Assembly (NCBI GenBank): GCA_048882505.1
Contig: JBHLRO010000012.1
Coordinates: 1 to 32,000 of the forward strand
Length of the DNA stretch: 32,000 nucleotides
Direction: 5' to 3'
From: Candidatus Thorarchaeota archaeon
Lineage (GTDB): Archaea > Asgardarchaeota > Heimdallarchaeia > Hodarchaeales > Hodarchaeaceae
Made by a program: the position numbers and the translations under genes. The notes under the pieces are model-generated. The model was not told the DNA's origin, searched no databases, and was given only the letters and a program-made list of their open reading frames with translations. Shown here piece after piece: positions 1-8,153 of the stretch. How positions within the stretch are numbered: the stretch's first letter is position 1; each line of letters begins with the position of its first letter.

Positions 1-1352
1 ACCACACTATCAGCGGAGCTGTTGGCAAAATACTGGGTGACAACAGTCGTATCGTTAACGAGGGGTTGACTCCCAGATTGTCCTGTGAGGTCGGTGGGGC
101 GCGGTAAAACCTCGAAACTCACGACTATAAAACTAGATTCAAAATAGATATGTGAAAAGGTAACGTTGGTTGCGTAAGATCCAACAGCTTGTGAGTTTGG
201 ATTTAAACGGAACCAATAGTGGTCTCCAGTCCGATTGAGGAAATCGATATATGAATTGTTAAGAGTGATCCCCGAACCTAGTGTTAACCCCGTGATATTC
301 TCATTATAGTTGGTGTTATTGTACAAGAGAAAGAAGTCCAAATGCTCACTATGGTAGACGGTGGGATCAGATGGCAAGCCACTGTGAATAACCGTTTGGG
401 CTTTGAAAACCGTTAAATGAAAGATGAATAAAGCATCCTTATAGTTTGCCAAATTGAAGGAAATGTTAATGAGGAAGGAGCCTGTTTGATTGGGATTGAA
501 GGTCAAAGTCCAGGACAGATTGCTTTCCTTAACGGTGCCTGTGATTGGGATGAAAGCCAAAATCAGCGGTGAACTCGTATCTAAGATATTAGAGGTGAAC
601 TGATCGTAGTATTCTAAATTAATAACCACACTATCGGCGGAGCTGTTGGCAAAGTACTGGGTGACAACAGTCGTATCGTTAACGAGGGGTTGACTCCCAG
701 ACTGTCCTGTGAGGTCGGTAGGGCGCGGCAAAACCTCGAAACTCACGACAATAAAACTAGATTCAAAATAAATGTGGGCGAAAGTAATATTCGTAGAATG
801 AATCCCAAGTGGTATTGTGGTTGGACCTATACGGAACCAGTAGTAGTCTCCTGTACGATTCAGGAAACCTACTTTTGTATTATTGAGGGTAATGCCTGCT
901 CCTTCAGATAATCCTGTAATATTCTCGTTATACTCAGTATTATTATATAAGAGGAAAAAATCGAGACTCTCATTATAATAGGTAGCTGCGGACGTGCCAA
1001 TCTCTGAATAAATCGTTGTGTTAGCTTTTGTGACAGTCAAATTGAAAACAAAGGTACTACTATTATAATTGGTTAAACCAAATGTAACATTGATCAGAAA
1101 AGACCCCGTTTTGTTAGGATTGAATACAATTGTCCATGTAAGGTTAGACTCTTTCACGGGTACGTTATATGGGATTGGCGAAACAATACTTGGTGCAAGT
1201 GTATTTAATGTATCATCTGCCAATATATAATAGTAACGTAGATTAACGGAAAGATTATCGGCGGAACTGTTCGCATAGGATTTCGAAACGCCTCCAGTTA
1301 TGTTTGTTAAAGTTTGCCCGCCACTTCTTCCAGTTATGCTGGTTTCACCTGG
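1..1352 (-). repeat. Intragenic tandem repeat, period 624 bp (208 aa); two full units (1352-729, 728-105) plus the start of a third (104 to <1)
   Basis: Equivalent Pro codons at 1350-1352, 726-728 and 102-104 are exactly 624 nt apart. Shared motifs: ANSSAD, KESNLxWTxxFNPNxTGSFLIN, LDFFLLYNNTxYNENITGL, FLNRTGDxYWFR, HIYFESSFIVVSFEVLPRPT. Positions 1-146 match 625-770 with 6 mismatches. Confidence 0.95.
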
Positions 1353-3788
1353 AGTAATAATCAAGTCAAAAACTATTTCGCGAGAAACATAGTTAGGATG
1401 GGTAGCGTTGATCACAAGATTAGAATAGATTCCTTCTCCAGCATAATCTGTTGTATTCAGGCGATAATAATATACATTATTAATCTCATTGGCATTGTTT
1501 CCATCTACAGTAATCATTCCTCCTCCTATAGGCGCCCCTGAGGTATCATTATAATCTACCCGAAGCGTCGCGTTCTCACGCCATTCGAGGAGGAGATTTG
1601 TAGCATTCATGGTAAGATTTGAATTCCCAACAAATCTAATAGTTACAACGGTAGTCCAATTCACAAACCAGGAAAACTGAGTAGTAATCGTAATAGTTCC
1701 AGTGGAACCGGGTACTTCCCCATCAGTTGTAAAGGAAGAGTTGTAATACTGTCCTGAGGGTTGATTCATGCTAAAGTTCTGCTTAGAACCTTGTGGCCAG
1801 CTGGCATTTGCCCAAATCCTTGCATTTCTAATATGTGATAATGTACCTGGTGTTGAGTTGTGATTTGATGTATAATTCGCCCACAGCGTGATTTTTTCTC
1901 CAATTACTACATCCAAATTGTCACTAGAATTAATTGTTAACGTGGTGTTAATGAAAACATCGAGGTTTCGGGTAGATGTTCCCACTTTGGTTTCATCTTC
2001 GCTCATCCAGAATCCTTGCAGATCATATGTACCGTTTACATTCGTGGTTTGAGGCACTGTATTATTAATATCCCAAGAATCGATAATTGTCGGGTTTATA
2101 GAATCGAAATCTAAGTTTTTATAGATCGGTAGTCCATAATATTCAATCCAGTAACTGATATTTCCTCCTGATTCTGGAACCTCGAATTTTAAATCAATAA
2201 CATCTGTAACATTAGCTTGATAGGGAAATTGTAAATCAGCAACACCCCTAGATAGATTAAACGATAAGAGATAGTTTGGAGCCTCGAACCACACATGCCA
2301 AGTAGCGTTTTCTGCCAATGTACTCGCATTAACTACCATCGTTGTGTTGCCAAAACTGTACTTATGAGCGGGGTCGCCATCCCAAGTTACATTCGTGTTA
2401 TCTGAAAGACTAGAAAACTCGGGGACAGCTGAATCATTCCAATAAATATTGGTTCCATTCCAGTCTGTTTTAATCCCTGAAATACCTATTGAATGATTAC
2501 GTATATTATAGGTGGTATTAACCTTAGCGGTTGAAAAAGTCAGGTTCCAGGCAACGATTGAACTGTTTGAGACCAGATATGATGAGCTTGCTGAAACTGG
2601 AGATAGAGCATAGGTATAATTGGTAACAAATGACAGGTTAAATGAAACTGAGGTATTGGTTGAAAATTTATGCCATGTTGAATCATTCCATGAAAATCCA
2701 TTGAACGTATTTAATTTGGTTATACCTTCCGATGATTCATAACTAAAATCAAGTTCCGCAGGATTTGTGTAGATTTTAGCGTTATAGCTTGTTCCATTCC
2801 ATTCAACAGGCAATATTTCGAGCTGAAGCGGAAGATCACGATTGGCAAAAGTGTTCCAAGTGGAATGTGTGGCTTCTTTATAGCAAACAATGCCTTCATC
2901 GACCCCATCCCCACTTGCAGCAGAATCGTAAATATAGAACCATCTCCAAAAGTCACTATCATCGTCAGCATTCGTTTCATTCATGACTACAAAATAGGTT
3001 TGCCCGCTTTGGAGAAGAACGGGAGCATCGAATGTGTATTCATGCCAGGCTTCCCCCGTACTCCCTAAATCCTCTTTTGAGGTTATGTTGACATCATTCG
3101 GCACATTGCCGCCTGTAGCATTCGTAATATAGATCTTCCCTGTTGCTGATGCCACTCCAGCAACGTACATCCTGACTTTCTTAATATATGCAAAAGCTGT
3201 TTTTATTTGAAATGACATCGCTACCTCGAAGTAACCGTCTCCCCCTGCCAGAATATTCTGTGAATCCCACTGAAAGGCAAAATTATAATTTGTAGTGTCT
3301 TCGATGTTGGTTTTGTTATATTCTGCTTCAACATCATTGATATCGAATACACCGTATTGTCTATTGTAGCCCGTGGAATTCGTCACCGTAAGAGAATCAC
3401 TATTGCTTGTCGGTTTCCCCGAAACGTAAGAATTTGAGGTGTTCATCATCTCTTCTCCCGTCCAATTGAAAGAATCATAAACGGAGAAACTCCCTCCGCC
3501 TGGCCCTGTTTGCTGGCCAATGGCTAAAGGGAGCAGGGAACGATCTTCAGGAAGATTTTCAACAAGGATAGATTTGGAATCACTCGCAGATTCCGTTATT
3601 AACCTTGGTACTTTAATCCTATTAATTGATCCTTTTAAAGAGTTGATTCCCACCTCATCCTCCCAGAAAGAGCCTTCAGGATCAAAGGGCTGTGGTAACA
3701 AAGTAGGAACAGAGCTAATCAGAAGAACAAAAATCACTAATGTTCCAAAAACAGTCGCCTTTTCTTGACCACGATTCCAAAGTCTCAT
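1..3788 (-). CDS. Giant secreted/cell-surface glycoprotein (S-layer/adhesin-like, multiple beta-sandwich domains); 3' end runs off the window
   Basis: Hand translation: ATG at 3788 (in-frame TGA just upstream at 3801-3803), then an open frame to position 1 (about 1262 codons). N-terminus MRLWNRGQEKATVFGTLVIFVLLISSVP is a basic stretch plus hydrophobic helix (signal peptide/anchor). The body is Asn/Thr/Ser-rich and beta-type with very many N-x-S/T sequons. Absent from the supplied ORF track because no stop codon lies inside the window. Confidence 0.9.
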   Translation of the reverse strand, partial: MRLWNRGQEKATVFGTLVIFVLLISSVPTLLPQPFDPEGSFWEDEVGINSLKGSINRIKVPRLITESASDSKSILVENLPEDRSLLPLAIGQQTGPGGGSFSVYDSFNWTGEEMMNTSNSYVSGKPTSNSDSLTVTNSTGYNRQYGVFDINDVEAEYNKTNIEDTTNYNFAFQWDSQNILAGGDGYFEVAMSFQIKTAFAYIKKVRMYVAGVASATGKIYITNATGGNVPNDVNITSKEDLGSTGEAWHEYTFDAPVLLQSGQTYFVVMNETNADDDSDFWRWFYIYDSAASGDGVDEGIVCYKEATHSTWNTFANRDLPLQLEILPVEWNGTSYNAKIYTNPAELDFSYESSEGITKLNTFNGFSWNDSTWHKFSTNTSVSFNLSFVTNYTYALSPVSASSSYLVSNSSIVAWNLTFSTAKVNTTYNIRNHSIGISGIKTDWNGTNIYWNDSAVPEFSSLSDNTNVTWDGDPAHKYSFGNTTMVVNASTLAENATWHVWFEAPNYLLSFNLSRGVADLQFPYQANVTDVIDLKFEVPESGGNISYWIEYYGLPIYKNLDFDSINPTIIDSWDINNTVPQTTNVNGTYDLQGFWMSEDETKVGTSTRNLDVFINTTLTINSSDNLDVVIGEKITLWANYTSNHNSTPGTLSHIRNARIWANASWPQGSKQNFSMNQPSGQYYNSSFTTDGEVPGSTGTITITTQFSWFVNWTTVVTIRFVGNSNLTMNATNLLLEWRENATLRVDYNDTSGAPIGGGMITVDGNNANEINNVYYYRLNTTDYAGEGIYSNLVINATHPNYVSREIVFDLIITPGETSITGRSGGQTLTNITGGVSKSYANSSADNLSVNLRYYYILADDTLNTLAPSIVSPIPYNVPVKESNLTWTIVFNPNKTGSFLINVTFGLTNYNSSTFVFNLTVTKANTTIYSEIGTSAATYYNESLDFFLLYNNTEYNENITGLSEGAGITLNNTKVGFLNRTGDYYWFRIGPTTIPLGIHSTNITFAHIYFESSFIVVSFEVLPRPTDLTGQSGSQPLVNDTTVVTQYFANSSADSVVINLEYYDQFTSNILDTSSPLILAFIPITGTVKESNLSWTLTFNPNQTGSFLINISFNLANYKDALFIFHLTVFKAQTVIHSGLPSDPTVYHSEHLDFFLLYNNTNYNENITGLTLGSGITLNNSYIDFLNRTGDHYWFRLNPNSQAVGSYATNVTFSHIYFESSFIVVSFEVLPRPTDLTGQSGSQPLVNDTTVVTQYFANSSADSV

Positions 3789-3923
3789 AATGATCCTACA
3801 TCAACGAGGGGGGTTTTTGGCAAATTCAATTTATCTAGTATCCTCAGAAAAGCACGATAGAAATTGTATAGAGTTGGTAAACAATTGGTGTTTGCCCAGG
3901 ATGATACTGTTGAGGTTGTAATA

Positions 3924-4042
3924 CCATTCGCGAATATTCGTGAATGGCCTAATTTTTCAAGCGAATATTCGTTAGTTTAACACGACATAGGGGTCATTCT
4001 TGAACATAGTACTGGTAGTTTGAGCGAGACCGCGAATATTGC
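3924..4042. promoter_or_regulatory. Cluster of palindromic CGAATATTCG-type sites upstream of the surface-protein gene (candidate operator array)
   Basis: 24-bp near-perfect palindrome CCATTCGCGAATATTCGTGAATGG at 3924-3947, a perfect CGAATATTCG at 3962-3971, and CGAATATTGC at 4033-4042. A TATA-like TTATAAAA lies at 4072-4079. Function is inferred. Confidence 0.45.
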
Positions 4043-4322
4043 CTTCTTGAGGTAAGAGATATTGGACTGTATTATAAAATTGGGGTTATTCCAGAATGAT
4101 CTGGGTAACATTCTGAGGGAAGACCAAAAGGGAGAATTGTAGTAGATCAGTTAATCAGAATTTTAGGGCAAGGAATTTTCATATATCAGGAAGAATAAAA
4201 GGAAATAGAGTCGGAAAAGCCCCTGCTTCTTCTGATCCTTATTAAATGACCAAATATCTGAATAGAATAGATAAACAAGAGAATGAACTTTCGAAGCATA
4301 ACTTTTGTACTGGAAAGGAAAA

Positions 4323-5444
4323 TTAAACCTCCGTAAACATGAACGGTTCTAGGCTTGGAAGGGGTTCCCCCAACGTCACTTCCTCAGGATTCAAAAAGTA
4401 TGCTACTGCGGAGGTCGAGCTCAATAAAGAGTTTCCATCCTGGGGGGTATACGAATAACCTATGATTTCAACGCTATCGGTGAATAAACGGCTCTTCCGT
4501 ACCACTAATGAGGGGAGGACGATCACTGCCTGGTTTAAGATCCGTCCATAATGTCCATACTCACGACCAAAGCTAAAGATGACATTTGCATCAGTTTTAT
4601 AAGTTACTGCCACATAAGGATCCTTGATGAAGCGTTCTTTGACATCGTCCAAAGATGGCGCGCTATCCTTTTCCAAAACCAAGTGAAATGATGAAACGTG
4701 CATGTATTGCGTATTAAGCTTGATTGCGCTAGAGAAAACGTTGAGATGGTATCCGAGCGTACTATATAATCTATACACATCCTTGGCATGATGGGTGCCA
4801 AATGTCGGATCTTTGTGCTGTCCAACCGAGGGGGCAGGAATAAATGACCCATTTTGCGAAACATCGCTTGCCCTCCGCATAAAAACAAACCGCGCTTCTC
4901 CTAGGATACTTCGATCCTTTTCATCACCATTTTCTTCAAAAGCTAAATCCTTAAGGATCCTCGCGGCCGCATGCGTGTTACAGCTGACAACCTGGATAAA
5001 CTTTGAATTTTTCCTACCTAACACTTCATCGTTAAGACCTACTCCATACGGAAGGCCAAATCCAGCCTCACTGCCTTGGGCCAGGAACGCACGGACATTA
5101 TTCCCGTTTTCATAGTGCATGATTTTATTTTTAACTCCCATTCCTTCGGCTGTACAATCAACCACAACTTTAGCCCTAGCTAAGGCATCTTGGAAGGTAT
5201 ATGTTGGTTCGACTCCAATCGCGCGGAAATCGTTAGCCCTGTCTTGACGCACACACATGTGGGCTCCCCGCGATAAAAGCCCTTTAATCATGGGACGATC
5301 AGTAACCCTGGGCGTATGCTTATAAAATATCAATTCGTCAATGCCCAGTTGCTTTGCGATATGTTTATCGGCCAATAGTCCAGTTAATGGCTCTCCTATG
5401 GTTCCAGTCCCCACAACAAGAACTGTATTCTCCTTAACCGCCAT
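4323..5444 (-). CDS. gap: Class II (archaeal-type) glyceraldehyde-3-phosphate dehydrogenase homologue, divergent
   Basis: Rossmann motif VVGTGTIG, then VVDCT, catalytic VVSCNT, RRASD, THHAKDV and QYMHV. These match archaeal class II GAPDH motifs (GxGTIG, SCNT, RRAxD, SHHxxDV, TLMH). Confidence 0.82.
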   Translation of the reverse strand: MAVKENTVLVVGTGTIGEPLTGLLADKHIAKQLGIDELIFYKHTPRVTDRPMIKGLLSRGAHMCVRQDRANDFRAIGVEPTYTFQDALARAKVVVDCTAEGMGVKNKIMHYENGNNVRAFLAQGSEAGFGLPYGVGLNDEVLGRKNSKFIQVVSCNTHAAARILKDLAFEENGDEKDRSILGEARFVFMRRASDVSQNGSFIPAPSVGQHKDPTFGTHHAKDVYRLYSTLGYHLNVFSSAIKLNTQYMHVSSFHLVLEKDSAPSLDDVKERFIKDPYVAVTYKTDANVIFSFGREYGHYGRILNQAVIVLPSLVVRKSRLFTDSVEIIGYSYTPQDGNSLLSSTSAVAYFLNPEEVTLGEPLPSLEPFMFTEV

Positions 5445-5565
5445 TTCGTTGACATTCCTTTGATCAGAACAATGAATACCCTTGAAATCAATTGTTAGGC
5501 AATAAAACGCCCCCCGATATAAACTGTATTGTTAATATGGGTTAGTGTTTGAATCCAGTTTACTT

Positions 5566-6609
5566 CTAATAACAGTCTGATTTCGTGTAGACATCAGTTC
5601 GCTGGGCAAAATGAACTACTTGAGCTAATGATCCGATGTTTCCGGTAGAAATCTGATACGCAGCCGTTGCATTTGCCACTTTCAGAACATCCTCGTGACT
5701 TAACTGCAAATTTATTCCTATTAAGAATCCTGCATGCCAGGCATCCCCTGCACCAGTAGCTCTATGGACATTAATCTTAAAACACGGCACGTTGGCCATC
5801 ATTTCCCCGCCAGACCAAAGTTGCGCCTCCCTAGAGGTATGGAGGGCGAAGCTTGTTTCCGGATATTCCGAAGAAAGGTTTTGGATTCCGGCTTGTGCTG
5901 GTCCAGAGGATAGTTGGGTAAGTATCCTGATTTCCGTTTCGTTCCCTATAACCCAGGATGGAGGCCTAACGGGATGATCCAATAAACGTTCTCGAAATCC
6001 CTTGACTCTGTGGAGATGTGGAGAGAGATCAGAGAAATCGACGGATACTCCCGTGTTGGGAGAAATCTCGGAGAGGATTTTCGCAGTTAAACCTTCCAGT
6101 TGCTGATTTTGTGCATTTGTTATTGCTATTAAACGACTTGCTCGTAGAACTTCCCATTGAGTCTCAGTGAGCTCTTTCGCAGAGAACTGGGCAACACTCC
6201 CAGCCCATGATAACATAACGTTGCGTTTTTGACCGCCTTCAGGGATCTCCAAGACAACTGAACTGGCTATCTCGCCGGTCGAGTCAATATAGGTGGACAC
6301 CCCCAATGGATGAAGGAAGTGTTCAACCAAGATTTTCCCGAGTACAGAGGTTTTGGTGATAAAGGTTGTTTGGGCTCCCAGCCCTCCTAGAGTCTTTGCC
6401 ACATTTCCGCCATTGCCTCCAAACACATAATTGATTCGAGGACCTAATAGGTTCCCTCCCCCTCGCTCATATATCTCTTGAATCCCTTCTATTAAGTCCT
6501 TGTAGCTCATGTGCGGATTTATGATAACATCGAGAAAGAAATCAGGCAGGACAGTGATATTTTCACCTTTTAGAATTCTCTGTGCCCTTTTTAGTTCTAA
6601 TGATACCAT
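5566..6609 (-). CDS. PfkB/ribokinase-family carbohydrate kinase
   Basis: N-terminal signature GGNGGNVAKTLGGLG and C-terminal anion-hole/catalytic signature ATGAGDAWHAGF. Confidence 0.88.
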   Translation of the reverse strand: MVSLELKRAQRILKGENITVLPDFFLDVIINPHMSYKDLIEGIQEIYERGGGNLLGPRINYVFGGNGGNVAKTLGGLGAQTTFITKTSVLGKILVEHFLHPLGVSTYIDSTGEIASSVVLEIPEGGQKRNVMLSWAGSVAQFSAKELTETQWEVLRASRLIAITNAQNQQLEGLTAKILSEISPNTGVSVDFSDLSPHLHRVKGFRERLLDHPVRPPSWVIGNETEIRILTQLSSGPAQAGIQNLSSEYPETSFALHTSREAQLWSGGEMMANVPCFKINVHRATGAGDAWHAGFLIGINLQLSHEDVLKVANATAAYQISTGNIGSLAQVVHFAQRTDVYTKSDCY

Positions 6610-6801
6610 TTTTCTCTCGATCCATAGGAGTGTAAAACGAAACGTGCTCTCGCAATACGGTCATTGACAAGTAGATATTAAGTATCCTTGTTGTGACTTG
6701 AATTTCTCTTGCTTATATAGACTCTTAAGATAATTGTTATAAATTCTATGAATAACGCCATTGAATAATACGATATAATATTAGGAAAAGGTGAGAAATC
6801 A

Positions 6802-8088
6802 ATGGTCAAAGAAGTACGTGAGGTTGTGGTTGTCGACGCTATCAGGTTACCAATAGGAAAGTCCTCTCGGGCCCAAATGACAAAGTACGGGGGGTATTAT
6901 AGAAATGCTTCCTCACAAGACATGCTGGCTGGGATTCTGGAGTCACTAGTTGATCGGGTTCAGGAAAAATCGTCTCAATTCGACGCACACGAAATTGAAG
7001 ATGTGCATGTGGGAGTTCTTACACAATTAGGAGATCAAGGGGCGAATATCGGAAGAATTGCGGCGATTATGGCGAAAAATATCCCTGATATAGTCGCTGG
7101 AGCAACAGTAAACCGGTATTGTAACGCAGGACTTCAAGCCATCAATACGTGTGTTAACGCCATCAAAGTGGGCGATGGTGACATCATGATAGCCGCGGGG
7201 GTCGAAAATTTGACACATTATCCCATGGGAATAGATTTTCAACTCGGAACCTTCATTGATGTCCAGAATATTTATTCTCATGTCTCAGAATCGCGTATGC
7301 CTGATCTGCAAGAGAGGATGAGCTTCGTTCAGGGGATTTCGGCAGAACTGGTCGCCGAAAAATACGATCTCACCAGAGAGGATATGGATCGCTTTGGTTT
7401 ATGGTCGCATCAGAAGGCCACAAAAGCGATGCGGGATAAGGAAAAGTACGAAAACCGTGTAATCCCTTTTGAGGTTAAAATCGAAAAGCAGGACGGAGAA
7501 TTTGAAACACGTTTGGCTAAAGAAGATCAAACAGTGAGACAAATTGCATTGGATGATCCCGATACTGCTTGGGAGCAAATGAAAAGCTTGCAACCTGTAT
7601 TTAGGAACGATGGTCGCGTTACCGCAGGGAATTCCTCCCAGATATCAGATGGTGCATCCGCAGTGATGTTAATGGCCCGCGAAAAGGCAGAGGAACTTAG
7701 TTTGAAACCTATGGCGAGCGTATTGTCAACGGCGGTTGCAGGCGATGATCCGATGCTTATGTTGACTGGGCCGATTCCTGCCCAAGAACGTGCTTTAAAA
7801 CGTGCAGGTGATTTAACTATGTCAGATATGGACTGTATTGAGCCGAATGAAGCTTTCGCCTCCCCCTGTCTCGCGTTCGCCAGACATTTCGACTATCCTT
7901 TTGATGACCCTAGAGTGAATCCTTATGGTGGTGCTATTGCGATTGGTCATCCGATAGGTTCTTCAGGGGTTCAGTTCTTTACCAATATGGTTCATTACCT
8001 AGTTAACGAGAATAAACGGTATGGGATTCAGACTTTATGCGGAGGAGGGGGTGTTGGAATTGCAACAGTTGTCGAAAGGGTAAACTGA
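6802..8088 (+). CDS. Thiolase (acetyl-CoA C-acyltransferase)
   Basis: NRYCNAG (nucleophile Cys), TAGNSSQISDGA, NEAF, GHPIG and CGGGG (second Cys) thiolase motifs. Confidence 0.95.
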   Translation: MVKEVREVVVVDAIRLPIGKSSRAQMTKYGGYYRNASSQDMLAGILESLVDRVQEKSSQFDAHEIEDVHVGVLTQLGDQGANIGRIAAIMAKNIPDIVAGATVNRYCNAGLQAINTCVNAIKVGDGDIMIAAGVENLTHYPMGIDFQLGTFIDVQNIYSHVSESRMPDLQERMSFVQGISAELVAEKYDLTREDMDRFGLWSHQKATKAMRDKEKYENRVIPFEVKIEKQDGEFETRLAKEDQTVRQIALDDPDTAWEQMKSLQPVFRNDGRVTAGNSSQISDGASAVMLMAREKAEELSLKPMASVLSTAVAGDDPMLMLTGPIPAQERALKRAGDLTMSDMDCIEPNEAFASPCLAFARHFDYPFDDPRVNPYGGAIAIGHPIGSSGVQFFTNMVHYLVNENKRYGIQTLCGGGGVGIATVVERVN

Positions 8089-8110
8089 AGCCTCCCTCCC
8101 CCTTTTTCCA
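8089..8110 (+). terminator. Possible archaeal pyrimidine-rich/oligo-T terminator after the thiolase gene
   Basis: The tract GCCTCCCTCCCCCTTTTTCC immediately follows the stop codon in a convergent intergenic gap. Assignment rests on composition only. Confidence 0.3.
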
Positions 8111-8153
8111 TTATTGTCTTTATGAGAGTCGGCTTCTTATTAATGGGTTCTGC

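Noticed and set aside
1-771. The near-identical pair 1-146 / 625-770 as a diversity-generating retroelement TR/VR pair
   Set aside because: Mismatches are not adenine-specific on either strand, all are synonymous third-position changes, both copies lie in one reading frame, and no reverse transcriptase is in the window.
690-3768. Small ORFs from the track in this interval (690-911, 1314-1541, 2720-2980, 2789-2986, 2865-3068, 3520-3768)
   Set aside because: All are antisense or out-of-frame shadows of the single large minus-strand surface-protein gene.
3789-4322. CRISPR array or hidden gene in the long intergenic region
   Set aside because: The repeats are only 9-10 bp cores with irregular spacing and no cas genes. 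The best ORF (TTG 3864 to TAA 3980, 38 aa) is too short and has no recognisable motif.
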